Assembly (NCBI GenBank): GCA_963767735.1
Contig: CAVYES010000004.1
Coordinates: forward strand, 1-64,000
Direction: 5' to 3'
Origin: Candidatus Bathyarchaeota archaeon
GTDB taxonomy: Archaea > Thermoproteota > Bathyarchaeia > Bathyarchaeales > Bathycorpusculaceae
Length of the DNA stretch: 64,000 nt
Position numbers and translations under genes: made by a program. Below, piece by piece: positions 18,829 to 29,811 of this stretch; the first letter of the stretch is position 1; each line of letters opens with the position of its first letter. The notes under the pieces were generated by a model. The model did no database searches. It was not told the origin of the DNA and saw only the letters and a program-made list of their open reading frames with translations.

Positions 18829-18915
18829 ATGGACACCATGTAATGTTGAGGCTTACACTAATATCAAAATTGCGTCCTCTGCTTCAGCTCCTGTTAGATA
18901 AGCCGTTGCTTTTGG

Positions 18916-21003
18916 TTATCGTTCAATTGAGATTTTGCTTACTCCAGCTTCTTTTTCCAAAATAATCACGTGCTCGGCTTTACCCGCGAATGCTTCACTG
19001 TGCGTCACTGCAATGATTTGTTCTATTGCTTTAAATCGGCCTATGGCTTCAGCTAACCGTTCGATGCTGCCATCTTCGCTTCCCAAGTTCTCGGTGGGTT
19101 CATCAAGCACAAGTACACTTAAGCCATGACCAGTTCGCGACTGCATAATCAGCTGCCCCAAACCTAAACGGTAAGCAAAAGCTAAAAGCGTACGTTCCCC
19201 GCCTGAGAGATTTGAGACTTCGCGGTCAACGCCTGCTTCGCTCTTCACATAAGGCGTGTAAGTTTCATCAATCACAACATTAAGCATGGGTCCTTCCGCG
19301 CCTACTAAGCCGTCGAGCACTTGTTGAATGTAATTGCGCAAAACCTTCACAAACTCGCTTCGAAGCTTAGGTTGAATACTGCGGTAAGCGTCACGTATGG
19401 CACCTAAAACTTCAACGGTTCTGCGGATTTTCTCCACGCGCTCAAGTTTTTCCTGCGCAAGATTAATCCTCTCTTTAATTTCATCTAATCGTCTAAAAAG
19501 ATCTTTTTTGCGGTTTTCTTTAGTGCACAAATCCGAGTCTAAAACGTAATATTGCCGAAAATCCTGTTCACGTTGCGTCCGTGCGGCCTCTAGCTCTGAT
19601 AAATCAAATTTGCCGATTTCAAACTGAACCTGCTCAAGCCGCAAGCGCAAATCAGCTTCAAACGTTTGCTTCTCCTCAAATTCGCTTGATAAATTATTTT
19701 GGTTATTTTCTTCTTCGCTTAAGCGGTTTTTTAGCTCTTCAGCTCTTGTCAAGCAGGTTTGCAAGTTAGAGTACGCTTCGGAGGCTGCAGTTCTTGTTTT
19801 CTGGAGGTTATCGATTTCAATTTTTAATTGATTAATGGTTTTTTCCCGTTCAAAATTTTCTTGTTGGATTTTTGAAAGTAGATTGCTTTTATATTCTCCC
19901 TCTAATGGCTGTACGCAAAGCGGGCATTTGCTTTCTTGTGATAATGAAATGGCTCTCTTTTTGTCAGTTTGCAGGTTCCTCGATGTCGCTTCTTGATCGG
20001 CCTTTAAACTGCTGATTTTATCATCAAACGCTGCTAAAGAGGAATGTAGTGCTTCATCGGGCTGGTTGGTTGACAAGCCTGCTTGCTCAAGCTTACTCAA
20101 GCACGCCTTGGCCTGAGTATCAATTGAGTTTTGGCGTTGATGCAAATTATTCAAGATTGTTTTTTTGCCTTCGATGCGTTGAGTTAAAGACGCCAAAGTG
20201 TTAGTCATGTTAACAATATCGGCGTGGAGCCTTGCTTCTTTTCGCTTAAGTTCTTCAATAGCTTGCTTTTTCTCTTCCATCTTTTTCAGTCTTGAATCTG
20301 CTTCATCCAACGCTTTCTTAGCAACCGTTAACTTTTGTGTAGAGTTCTCAAGATCCATTTCCAGAAGTGTGTATTCTTCGCTTGCCCGATTGTACTCGTT
20401 ACTTAGTTTTTCTAATCCAGTAACATCTGGGTCCTTCTCGTAAACCCGCTTTTCGGTCTCATAGTCCCGCTGGTACTGAGCAATATTGCTCCATGCAACC
20501 TCATAATCGGACAAACCGAACAATTCGTCCAAACGCCTTTGCCTGTCACGCGGGGCGGCGTCAAGCAGCTCCTTGAGGTGTTCCTGCCTAAACCAAACTA
20601 TTTCTCGGTAAAGATCCTTGTCTAAACCTGTGATAGCTTTAAACTGCTCTGCGATAGCGTCGGTTTTCATGCTGGCAACCAGTTTCTCGTCCTCGTAGAG
20701 TTTGAGTTCTTCAAAATTTTGCGTAATGCTTTTGCCCTTTCGTTTTAATCCCCGTGTAAGCTTGTAGGTGCTTCCGTTTTGTATAAACTGTATCGTAACC
20801 TTACCTGAATCGGCGCCTTCACGCAGCAAATACTCAAAGCTTCTGCCTATTGAGTCACCGAACAAGGCGAAATCAACCGCGTATAAAACGCTGGATTTTC
20901 CGCAGCCTAAACCTCCAACAAGACAGTTAAAACCCCGAGTAAACGGCACAGTCGATTTAATGTGGCTGCGTATGTTTTCAAGCTGGACTATTTCAATTTT
21001 CAT
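18916..21003 (-). CDS. rad50: Rad50/SbcC-like SMC ATPase
   Basis: Walker A GGLGCGKSS, coiled coil with CPLC zinc hook, LSGGE signature, LVLDEPT, VTH. Confidence 0.92.
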   Translation of the reverse strand: MKIEIVQLENIRSHIKSTVPFTRGFNCLVGGLGCGKSSVLYAVDFALFGDSIGRSFEYLLREGADSGKVTIQFIQNGSTYKLTRGLKRKGKSITQNFEELKLYEDEKLVASMKTDAIAEQFKAITGLDKDLYREIVWFRQEHLKELLDAAPRDRQRRLDELFGLSDYEVAWSNIAQYQRDYETEKRVYEKDPDVTGLEKLSNEYNRASEEYTLLEMDLENSTQKLTVAKKALDEADSRLKKMEEKKQAIEELKRKEARLHADIVNMTNTLASLTQRIEGKKTILNNLHQRQNSIDTQAKACLSKLEQAGLSTNQPDEALHSSLAAFDDKISSLKADQEATSRNLQTDKKRAISLSQESKCPLCVQPLEGEYKSNLLSKIQQENFEREKTINQLKIEIDNLQKTRTAASEAYSNLQTCLTRAEELKNRLSEEENNQNNLSSEFEEKQTFEADLRLRLEQVQFEIGKFDLSELEAARTQREQDFRQYYVLDSDLCTKENRKKDLFRRLDEIKERINLAQEKLERVEKIRRTVEVLGAIRDAYRSIQPKLRSEFVKVLRNYIQQVLDGLVGAEGPMLNVVIDETYTPYVKSEAGVDREVSNLSGGERTLLAFAYRLGLGQLIMQSRTGHGLSVLVLDEPTENLGSEDGSIERLAEAIGRFKAIEQIIAVTHSEAFAGKAEHVIILEKEAGVSKISIER

Positions 21004-22205
21004 TTCGCCAGCTCCTCAAAGGTTTGCTTGACTTTCTCGTCTTGTTTCTTCGTTAAAGGCTCTATAAGACTAAGAGCTGAGCGGGCAATTTTGTCAGCGT
21101 CCTCTTTGCCATAGCGTTCAGAGAAAATCTGCAGAAAATACTCAAAGGCTTTAGTCTTCAAATCTTTAAATTCGCTTTCAAAAATGGAGCGTGCAATTTC
21201 GTCCGATACAGCAGTTTCTTTCAGCAACACAATTGGGTGGACAAGCAACGCTTTCTCGCCTGCGCTTCGGATTTTTCCTATGTCAATTTCTGATCGGCTG
21301 GCTTCAGCTGGCAAGGTACCCCTTAAAATCGGAATTATAATGGCTCCTTCGCAGTCATTTTCCTTCACCGTTTGAGTGGCTAACTCGGTGATTTTCGAGG
21401 ATGCCATCGCATTTAGATCTAAGTCTAAAATAATGAATCTGCGTGTAGATGAGAGCTCGATGGGCTCTGTTTTTACTTCGCCTTTCTCGTTGACGTTGAC
21501 TTGTATGAAGCCTTTTGGGTTCTTTGCTTCCCTGTAATCAGCCGTTTCTGTACAGCCGCTATATGATAGTAAGCCATCTTTGAATTTCTCCAAGTACCGT
21601 TCATGCACGTGGCCAGCTGCATAATAATTGAAACCGCCAGGTATCTGGTCGGGGGAAAGTTCAGCTTCAATGTAGGGTGGATTGACATTGGGTAGGCTAA
21701 TGGCACCGTGGAAAACGAAAATGTTGCAAACCTTGCCGTCGGGCGTTGGCGGGTTTTCCTCAATGAACTTTGGCAGTGCCTCTTGTGTCTTATGCTTATT
21801 ATGAAAGTTTGGTATGCCATAAACGTAGCAGCAGTCTGGTTTGCGCCAGCATGCGCCGCTGTGTCTTGGCAAGTGGTGGATTAATCCTGCGCTGTCCAAG
21901 GGGTAGAGGATCGTGCCTGTTATTGTGTTTGGCGCGGAATCGTGTGAGCCGTCAACCGTTAAAACTGGGATGTTTGCGTCTTTGAGCCGTTTGAAACTTC
22001 GAATGGTGTTCTCTAACGTGACATTTGATGGTCTGGCTTGATGAAACAAGTCCCCGGCGATAATCATGAAGTCAGGTTTTAACTCGATTGTTTTATCCAC
22101 AACTTCTTTGAACGCGTTGTCGAAGTCTTGCCTTCTAGCTTCAAGTCCATACTGTGCGTAGCCTAAATGCAAATCAGCTGCATGAACGAAGCTAAACGGC
22201 TTCAA
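21000..22205 (-). CDS. mre11: Mre11/SbcD nuclease
   Basis: ADLHLG, AGDLFH, GSHD, VFHG, GHVH phosphoesterase motifs; overlaps rad50. Confidence 0.93.
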   Translation of the reverse strand: MKPFSFVHAADLHLGYAQYGLEARRQDFDNAFKEVVDKTIELKPDFMIIAGDLFHQARPSNVTLENTIRSFKRLKDANIPVLTVDGSHDSAPNTITGTILYPLDSAGLIHHLPRHSGACWRKPDCCYVYGIPNFHNKHKTQEALPKFIEENPPTPDGKVCNIFVFHGAISLPNVNPPYIEAELSPDQIPGGFNYYAAGHVHERYLEKFKDGLLSYSGCTETADYREAKNPKGFIQVNVNEKGEVKTEPIELSSTRRFIILDLDLNAMASSKITELATQTVKENDCEGAIIIPILRGTLPAEASRSEIDIGKIRSAGEKALLVHPIVLLKETAVSDEIARSIFESEFKDLKTKAFEYFLQIFSERYGKEDADKIARSALSLIEPLTKKQDEKVKQTFEELAK

Positions 22206-22361
22206 GTTGACCTAACCCCCATTTACTCCCTTTTAACTTTGATTAGTGCCTACCTCTTTTAAAGCGTTGTGAAACTTCAAAATTGAGGTGGTTTTTTGGT
22301 CTTTAGAGGGGAAAAATTTAAACCACCATATGCATGGTTATGTGAAAGGCGCTCTAATTAG

Positions 22362-23174
22362 ATGAAATGCCAAAAATGCGGTCAAGACACTCTTCTTCCA
22401 TTTAGCTGTCCCTTTTGCGGTGGACAGTTTTGTAGTGCTCACCGTTTACCAGAGAAACATGCATGCCCAAGAATAGATTTTGCACGTTCACAACGACAAG
22501 AACAAGTGATTGCGCCTCAGTCATACAACAGTTATCAATACACCTATAATATTGGCCACCCCAAACGCGACAGGGGCATAACCACTAGTCCCAAAGAAAT
22601 AAAACACCTATCAGTTGCAGCTGCACTTATCGTTGGCATTGGTTTTTCCATCGGATTGTACGGAAGATATTTGGGCGGTTTCAATTTTGCGTGGACTTGG
22701 GTTTTGATGGCTGTTTTCGCCGCCATACTAGTAGTATCTATGTTAACGCATGAATTTGCACATAAAGCAGTTGCCCAAAAAAACGGTTTGTGGGCAGAAT
22801 TCCGCTTAACAACTTGGGGTGTAGCCTTGACTTTTGTTTCCATATTTTTGCCTTTCAGGATGATTGCACCAGGCGCAATGATGATTTCCGGTACACCTGA
22901 CGGTGACGAAATAGTTAACATATCCATCGCAGGTCCAATAACCAACCTAATCTTCTCAAGTGCCCTTGTTGCAGTTGCGTTTTCTTTACCTGCTACAGGG
23001 TTTGGTGGCATGTTGTTTTTCGCAGCTTACATCAACGCTTTTATGGCAGTCTTCAACCTAATTCCCTTTGGAATCTTGGATGGCTACAAAATTTTCAGTT
23101 TTAACAAGAAACTTTGGGCTTTAGTCTTCGTTCCCAGCGCCATTCTTGCCGTGGTTACTTTCCTGCATATTTAA
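22362..23174 (+). CDS. AN1-type zinc finger fused to site-2 protease (peptidase M50)
   Basis: CQKC...CPFCGGQFCSAHRLPEKHAC; HEFAH, AGP.TN, FNLIPFGILDG. Confidence 0.88.
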   Translation: MKCQKCGQDTLLPFSCPFCGGQFCSAHRLPEKHACPRIDFARSQRQEQVIAPQSYNSYQYTYNIGHPKRDRGITTSPKEIKHLSVAAALIVGIGFSIGLYGRYLGGFNFAWTWVLMAVFAAILVVSMLTHEFAHKAVAQKNGLWAEFRLTTWGVALTFVSIFLPFRMIAPGAMMISGTPDGDEIVNISIAGPITNLIFSSALVAVAFSLPATGFGGMLFFAAYINAFMAVFNLIPFGILDGYKIFSFNKKLWALVFVPSAILAVVTFLHI

Positions 23175-23252
23175 AAAACAAATCTCCTTTTGTAGTCTTT
23201 TTTTAGAGAGCATTAAGTGGTTCAGTTTTTGGTTGAATTCCCCCCTTTTCTA

Positions 23253-23309
23253 GCCGCTGTGATGTATTAGTGCGGTCGCCAACTTGCCAACACTATGCTG
23301 AATCGCGGC
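23253..23309 (+). ncRNA. Candidate box C/D sRNA
   Basis: Terminal stem GCCGC/GCGGC, box C-like GTGATGT (23259-23265), box D CTGA (23298-23301), 57 nt, intergenic. Confidence 0.45.
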
Positions 23310-23426
23310 AAAGAGCTCTGTAGAAATACATCTTAAGCAGAGGTCGATAATGTTTTGTTTGCGTAGAAAAGTATTTTGGGGATTGCGCGAAGACCTATGG
23401 GTAAATTGTGCTTGAGATGAGGTCTT

Positions 23427-25112
23427 ATGGTTGAATACAAGTGGGTTGCTCTTTCGAATACTACGATAGGTATGTTGATGGCTTCCATAGACAGCACCAT
23501 CGTTTTAATAGCTTTACCCGCAATTTTCAGGGGAATTAACCTCAACCCCTTTACTTCTTTTCAGTACCTGCTCTGGCTCCTGTTCGGCTACAGCATCGTC
23601 ACCGCAACCCTGCTGGTCACCTTCGGCAGAATATCTGACATGCTTGGAAGAGTAAGACTCTACAATCTTGGCTTCGCAATCTTCACGGTAGGCTCAATAT
23701 TGTGCTCGATAACTCCAAGCCAAGGGGGCTCAGGTGCACTTGAACTCATAGTTTTCAGGATAATCCAAGGAGTCGGCGCAGCCTTCCTCTTCGCGAACAG
23801 CGCGGCAATATTAACCGACGCGTTTCCGCCCAACGAACGTGGAAAAGCGCTCGGCATAAACATGGTGGCTTTCTTGGCTGGTTCGTTAATTGGCCTAGTT
23901 CTCGGCGGAGTTCTAGCGGTTTATGATTGGCGGCTGGTCTTCATCGTAAGCGTTCCGGTAGGCGTGATTGGCACTGTTTGGTCATATTGGAAACTCAAAG
24001 AGATGGGCACCATCAAACGAAACCAGAAAATTGATGTTTGGGGCAACATAACTTTCGGCGCAGGTTTGACCTTTGTTTTAGTAGGAATCACTTATGGTTT
24101 GATTCCGTATGGTACTTCGTCTATGGGTTGGGGTAGCCCATGGGTAATTGCCTCTCTTGCAGCCGGGGTTGGGCTTCTGGCTGCTTTCCCATTCGTTGAG
24201 CGCCACGTACCTGAACCGATGTTTCGGCTTGAACTTTTCAAGATAAGAATGTTTAGCGCGGGGAATCTCGCTTCGTTCCTAGGCGCCTTGGCAAGGGGTG
24301 GCGTTATGATTATGCTTATAATACTACTTCAGGGTATATGGCTTCCACTACATGGATACAGCTACGAGTCCACACCCTTCTGGGCAGGAATATTCCTGAT
24401 ACCTCTGTCAATTGGCTTTGTAATTTCAGGACCGATTAGCGGTTGGCTATCTGACAAGCACGGTGCAAGGCTGCTCGCCACTGTGGGCATGGTTATTGCT
24501 GGAATTACGTTCCTGGCTTTTGCTACGTTTCAGGCTAATTTTGCCTACCTTCCCTTTGCGGTGGTTCTTCTTATAATGGGCATCGGTAATGGTCTATTCA
24601 CCTCTCCGAACATCGCATCAATAATGAATTCTGTTCCGCCAGAACACCGAGGAGCTGCATCAGGAATGCGTGCCGCCATTCAAAACAGTGCATCAACAAT
24701 TAGCATTGCAATATTTTTCACTATAATTATCATATCACTCAGCGGAAATCTTCCGGGAGCGTTGAGTTCCGCCGTCACAAGCGCTGGGGCACCACAACAG
24801 CTCGCGCAGGTTTTCAGTTCAACACCAGCGTCAGGGGCATTGTTCGGGGCGTTCCTAGGCTACAACCCTGTTCAGACAGTACTAAACACACTTCCGTCAA
24901 CAGTTGTAAACGCTATACCGAAGGCTACAGTTCAGTACCTTATAGGAAAAACATTCTTTCCCAACGCGATTTCATCACCCTTCATGTCTGCCCTAAGAGA
25001 AGCCTTCATCGTAGGCGCAATCATGTGCTTTGCAGCTGCTGTATGCTCTTTCCTCAGAGGCGGCAAATACGTCCAGGAGAAAACAGGAACCAAACCAAAC
25101 GAAAAGTCATAA
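23427..25112 (+). CDS. MFS transporter, DHA2-like 14-TM
   Basis: [42 protein letters not shown]. Confidence 0.92.
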   Translation: MVEYKWVALSNTTIGMLMASIDSTIVLIALPAIFRGINLNPFTSFQYLLWLLFGYSIVTATLLVTFGRISDMLGRVRLYNLGFAIFTVGSILCSITPSQGGSGALELIVFRIIQGVGAAFLFANSAAILTDAFPPNERGKALGINMVAFLAGSLIGLVLGGVLAVYDWRLVFIVSVPVGVIGTVWSYWKLKEMGTIKRNQKIDVWGNITFGAGLTFVLVGITYGLIPYGTSSMGWGSPWVIASLAAGVGLLAAFPFVERHVPEPMFRLELFKIRMFSAGNLASFLGALARGGVMIMLIILLQGIWLPLHGYSYESTPFWAGIFLIPLSIGFVISGPISGWLSDKHGARLLATVGMVIAGITFLAFATFQANFAYLPFAVVLLIMGIGNGLFTSPNIASIMNSVPPEHRGAASGMRAAIQNSASTISIAIFFTIIIISLSGNLPGALSSAVTSAGAPQQLAQVFSSTPASGALFGAFLGYNPVQTVLNTLPSTVVNAIPKATVQYLIGKTFFPNAISSPFMSALREAFIVGAIMCFAAAVCSFLRGGKYVQEKTGTKPNEKS

Positions 25113-25279
25113 GCACAAAAGTGTCTCAGGAACCCGTAACCAAAAAGTTGATGCCCAGCTAAATTCATTCAGTTTCATTCATGCTTTCGCTTTTGCTGCT
25201 TAAAGGCTGCATACAAAAGCTACCTTTTTATTAAAAAATTTAAGAACCGTAAAACGGAAAAGAACGTTAAACTTTTAAT

Positions 25280-25588
25280 TTAGATGAGTTCGATTGTGAC
25301 GTGGACTTCTTCTGGCACTCGGATACGCATGATTCTACGCATAACTCGTTCTTCCGAGTCAATGTCGATTAATCGTTTGTGAATGCGCATTTCCCATCTG
25401 TCCCACGTCGCAGTTCCTTCACCTGAAGGCCCTTTTAGAACTGGTACTTTGAGTCGTTTTGTTGGTAATGGTACTGGACCGTTGATTTTTACGCCTGTTT
25501 TTTGAGCGATACTTTTGAGTTCTCCGCATACCTCTTCAAGTTTGCTGTAATCTGTGCTTGTGAGGCGTATTCGTGCTTTTCTTACCAT
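25280..25588 (-). CDS. rps10: 30S ribosomal protein uS10
   Basis: [36 protein letters not shown]. Confidence 0.97.
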   Translation of the reverse strand: MVRKARIRLTSTDYSKLEEVCGELKSIAQKTGVKINGPVPLPTKRLKVPVLKGPSGEGTATWDRWEMRIHKRLIDIDSEERVMRRIMRIRVPEEVHVTIELI

Positions 25589-26076
25589 CTTGGTCCATCA
25601 ATCCATTCTTTTGCCATTTAATATACGTTGGTGACTCCTTAGAGATTTAAGCGGAACATAAAAACCTATCGACCATTTTTTCAGACTTATCGTCTAGTTT
25701 TTTTTTACGATTCTGAAACGTTTAGGTTCAATGCTTAGCTGACTTATCAATGCAGGGGAACGCGCATTGATAAAAAATAAATGCTGTGCGGGTAAATCTT
25801 CTCCGGGATGGGTTCAAATCACCTGTTACTTGGAAGTACTAAGATATGTTTCTAAAAGGACAAGGAGGAATCGGTGGCAACTTAGCATATTTGGTGTTAG
25901 CTGAGGCTCTGCCTTATTTTACAGAGAAAAGAACGTAAATGCAAATGCGCTATCACGATACTGAGCGATTACGTAAATCATGATTAACCAGAGCCCTCTC
26001 AGCCGAATTTTTTTGGCAATGCTTTTTAAAAACGAAAAAAGGGGAAAAATAGAGTTGTGGTGATTTGTTTTCGTTT

Positions 26077-29004
26077 TTATGGCCGTTTTCTCATCAGCAA
26101 TATTGCCAGTATAGCGCCGATTATGATTATTACGATTATTACTGCTGCTATTCCTAACTCTACGGTTGCTGTCGATGCTAAGCCTGTTGCAGGTGAAGGT
26201 GTTGGTGCTGAAGTAGCTGAAGGTCCTTGTACGGTCATGCCGGTTTGTGCGCTTGATCCATAGTAGCCGTTGTTGCCAGCGAATGTTGCAGTGACCAGGT
26301 AATTGCCTGAAATGCTTGGAGGAGTCCAAGTCAGCGTGTATAATCCGGTGTCAGTTGTTGTAGCTGTGCCGATTGTGATGAAGTTGTGGTTCGGATCGAT
26401 AGCAGTTAACGTTACTGTTACGCCTGTGAAGTTGGTTGGTTCCGGCTGCTGATCGTAAGCGTATTCCATCCACTGAGCCATGCTAGCGTCAGATGCACAT
26501 GGAACGCCGCTTGGAAAGTCAGCTTTCACTGTTGCTTGTTGTGTGCCAGCGGAAGTGTCCATCACTGTGCCCTGTATAACTACGTTGGTGCCTGCTGTGA
26601 TAGCAGTCTGTGGCGCCGTTACTGTGGTTGCGCTGGGTCCTCTGCCTACACTATAAATTTCACCGTTATAACCGTTAAAGAATGTCAAGTAGCCAGCTGC
26701 GACAGCCCATGCGCTACCAGTCCCGGCCCACTCGCTGGGGTACCCTGAAAGCCTCCATATTAGCTGTCCTGTTGTAGCGTTAATAGCGGCTAATGTTGAA
26801 CCCACGTAAATTGGGTTGGTTACAGTGTGTTCATCGGTAGCTAGGTATACGACGCCGTTATCAATAGATTGTATTTGGGTTGGATAGACACCGTAAGGTC
26901 CGTTAAAGCCTGAGTAAGTGCTGTTGTCTGGTTGAGATGGTCCACCGTTGCCCCAGGTGAAAATTGGTTTTCCAGTCACATCGTTCCAGGCGTAGCATAC
27001 TCCCCCGTATGAACTGCTGTAGAGCGTACCGTAAGCAAGGAAGGCTTGATCAGGGGGAGATCCTGGCGTGCCATAGTACGACAAAGCATTTTCAGATGCG
27101 GTTGGACCCCATAGCTGCGCGCCATTTGTTAGACTGTATCCTACCCATTGCATAGTTTCTTCATAGTTCAGAACGAAAGTACGTGTTTGCCAGTCGACTC
27201 CACTAAATGAGATAGAAAAGTTTCCTGACGGCGCGGTATAGGTCTTGCTCCATAGTAGCGAGCCGATTGCGCCTAAAGATGCGTTGAGGTTGACGGCGTA
27301 CATTGTCCATGAATAAACCCCGTTGGGTGCGTTGGTTGATGCGAAACCTGATGGTAGAGTAGAGTAGCAAAGCATCATATCTCCATAGTTTACTGCACCA
27401 ACCGTTGCGGCAGTACCTCCTGAGGGACCGAGGGGAGTGACAACTACGGGTGATATTGGTAGTGTGTTCATCCATGGCATCGAGATGTTCCAGTCATAAG
27501 TTGTTGGCGAATTTAATGTAGATATAGCTTGGCCTTCCGCGATGCCTATGTTTCCGTTGACATTAAGTGTGGAACCGTAAGGTACGAATCCTACTGCCCC
27601 GGTAGGGTATAATTCATCTTCGCCTGTGATTGGAAGAGGAAGCTCACTGCTAAAAGGAAAGCCGAGGAAAGCGTTGCCGGGTTGAATTAGAATCGATGGC
27701 GAGACGCTTCCGCCGCCAGTGTATGGATTAATGTCGTATAGCCAAAGTCTCGAAGAGTTCCACTCAGACAAATACCAATTTGGCTTCGCGGCGGTGCCCA
27801 CGTTAGTAACGATGTACTGCAGGTACTCACCGCTTGGACCCCATTGTGGCGCGCCTGAAGGAACGTCGGTTACGTTGAATAGCGCATCTCCCGTGAAACC
27901 ATCAAACATTTCCCAAGTTGTTGAACCGTCAGGTGCAGTTACGCTTGCAACTAGAATTGGCGGGTAAACTCCGTGCTGGTCAGGGTCGTAAACGTAAGCT
28001 GTTATTCCCATTAATAGTTGTGGAATGTTTTCGTTGCTCCAGAGCTGCTGTCCTGTTTGAAGATTAACGCAGATGGTGGGTCCGGTACCACTTCCGCCCA
28101 AAAGAGGCGCACCCGTGAATGATGCGACTACTGTGTAGTATAGGTAACCGTCTATTATTATTGGGTTTTGGAATCTGGGTGCATATGATGAGCCTTCGAA
28201 GAAGCCAAGTGATGGTTCATTAGTATACATGTTTCCTCCAACTTCTCCGCCAAATTGCGTCTGCGTTGTCCACATAATATGTGAAGTTAGCGGCCCTATG
28301 CCATCACCCGAGTACAATGAAGTGCTAGTATAGCCTGAGGGTTCTGGTGGCACAGAAGCACTAAGCCCTGAACCAAAACCTAGCCAGTTTGACGAAATCG
28401 TGTACCACGCGTAGTTTTCACCATATATTGGATATGACCAGTAGTTTGTCGGTAACGGAACACCTGGGGTCGTTGGGATTGACGTGCTCTGAACAGTGAT
28501 GGTTGTCGATGTGCTGCTCGGTTGATAAGTGTCGTTAACTAGAGTTGAAGTGGGATTATACTCGCCAGGGTATTGTGCATAAGCTTGTCCTAAAAAGTTA
28601 AAGGTTAAAGTGTACGTGCCAGTCGTGGTAGGTGTGAAGGCGTAGGGTTGTGACGATGTTGGGTCTGTGACAACAGCATAGTTTACCGTTGTGTTTGTAC
28701 CGTCAGGTGCAGTAATGGTAAGTTGGTAGTTATGGAACCTGTAATCGTTTGAAAGCAATGCGTAACTATAACCGACGGTTGCAGTGCCTGATGCTCCAAA
28801 AACCTCGTCAAGCCACATGTAAACGTGCGTTGTCTGACCCACACCTATAGGGTCAGGTGCAGCGAATATGTAGGCGTAGGTTGGAATTTTCCATGGCGGT
28901 GTATCTGCGCTAGCTTGTGGTATTAGCATTGTAGAAGCTCCTATTGATATTGTTAAAATTGCTGCAATCAAAATAGCTAAAGTTTTACCTTTTATATTTT
29001 GCAT
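26077..29004 (-). CDS. Large surface protein with PQQ-like beta-propeller and C-terminal TM anchor
   Basis: Signal peptide, repeated (L/A).TG..LW motifs, Ig-like domains, C-terminal TM followed by RKRP. Confidence 0.85.
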   Translation of the reverse strand: MQNIKGKTLAILIAAILTISIGASTMLIPQASADTPPWKIPTYAYIFAAPDPIGVGQTTHVYMWLDEVFGASGTATVGYSYALLSNDYRFHNYQLTITAPDGTNTTVNYAVVTDPTSSQPYAFTPTTTGTYTLTFNFLGQAYAQYPGEYNPTSTLVNDTYQPSSTSTTITVQSTSIPTTPGVPLPTNYWSYPIYGENYAWYTISSNWLGFGSGLSASVPPEPSGYTSTSLYSGDGIGPLTSHIMWTTQTQFGGEVGGNMYTNEPSLGFFEGSSYAPRFQNPIIIDGYLYYTVVASFTGAPLLGGSGTGPTICVNLQTGQQLWSNENIPQLLMGITAYVYDPDQHGVYPPILVASVTAPDGSTTWEMFDGFTGDALFNVTDVPSGAPQWGPSGEYLQYIVTNVGTAAKPNWYLSEWNSSRLWLYDINPYTGGGSVSPSILIQPGNAFLGFPFSSELPLPITGEDELYPTGAVGFVPYGSTLNVNGNIGIAEGQAISTLNSPTTYDWNISMPWMNTLPISPVVVTPLGPSGGTAATVGAVNYGDMMLCYSTLPSGFASTNAPNGVYSWTMYAVNLNASLGAIGSLLWSKTYTAPSGNFSISFSGVDWQTRTFVLNYEETMQWVGYSLTNGAQLWGPTASENALSYYGTPGSPPDQAFLAYGTLYSSSYGGVCYAWNDVTGKPIFTWGNGGPSQPDNSTYSGFNGPYGVYPTQIQSIDNGVVYLATDEHTVTNPIYVGSTLAAINATTGQLIWRLSGYPSEWAGTGSAWAVAAGYLTFFNGYNGEIYSVGRGPSATTVTAPQTAITAGTNVVIQGTVMDTSAGTQQATVKADFPSGVPCASDASMAQWMEYAYDQQPEPTNFTGVTVTLTAIDPNHNFITIGTATTTDTGLYTLTWTPPSISGNYLVTATFAGNNGYYGSSAQTGMTVQGPSATSAPTPSPATGLASTATVELGIAAVIIVIIIIGAILAILLMRKRP

Positions 29005-29229
29005 TTTTATTTTCCTTCAATTTTATTTTATTGGCAAGAAAATAGCAAAAAGCGTAACGAGAAGTGTAACGCATCCGCTAATTTCTCGCTCAACGTGCTT
29101 TGAGATTATGTTGTTTATAAAATTTTGTGGTAGGCTAGGTACAGTCACAAGTGAGTTAGCCCTAACAGGATTCTCTTCAACTCTTTTAAATCAGCTATAG
29201 CGCTAGCGAAGCGAAAAATAGGTTTAGAA

Positions 29230-29435
29230 CCTGATTGTTTTGCGATAGACCCTGATGATTCAAAGTTGTATTTAGTGTCGAAGTTGAGCTTTCAAAGCAT
29301 TCATCGTATAAGCACATAAACGATCAACTTACAAGATTCATCGGTGGATTGGGTAATTTAGAAACTAGGAATATTGTTGCTGAAGCTTTGCTTGATTTTA
29401 TAGAAAAAGATATAGAATTGAAAGGTTATTTTTAG
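29230..29435 (+). pseudogene. Remnant of a PD-(D/E)XK-like nuclease domain gene
   Basis: PDCFAIDPDDSKLYL / (frameshift) VEVELSKHSSYKHINDQLTRF...GYF*; no start codon. Confidence 0.4.
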
Positions 29436-29610
29436 GAACAAAAATCTGTACGGACGGTTGCAAAGACTCCTTAGCAATCCATCAAGAATTATTGTTACTT
29501 TTTTGGCTTGCTTTAGGAATACTTTTTAACTCCGCTGAATGTTGTCTCATCGTATTTTTGCCAGCTATCTTTGCCTAAAGCACGAATTTCATCAGGATAC
29601 GCCGTGCGAA

Positions 29611-29811
29611 TTAATTAGTTATTTTTTTCTTTGGCGCTGAGGGTATCTCTGGTAAATAAACTGCTTTCTGCGATATCTCAACGCTGCAAGAACCTGGATG
29701 AGCTCTGTAGTAGTCTTCGCAGTTTTGAGCTGTCTTCCTATCTGAGTATCCAAGACCACAAATATCACATAAAAAAACTGTTTTATCTCCAATCCTCTTT
29801 TCCGTAACCAA
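29611..29811 (-). CDS. Small Zn-finger-like protein
   Basis: FLCDICGLGY...AQNCE...H..SCS. Confidence 0.7.
   Translation of the reverse strand: MVTEKRIGDKTVFLCDICGLGYSDRKTAQNCEDYYRAHPGSCSVEISQKAVYLPEIPSAPKKKITN

Noticed and set aside
22544-23011. Long antisense ORFs (also 13969-14439, 13452-13841 and others)
   Set aside because: Shadows of well-supported genes on the opposite strand.
25800-25830. GGGTTCAAATC T-loop-like string
   Set aside because: No cloverleaf can be formed.
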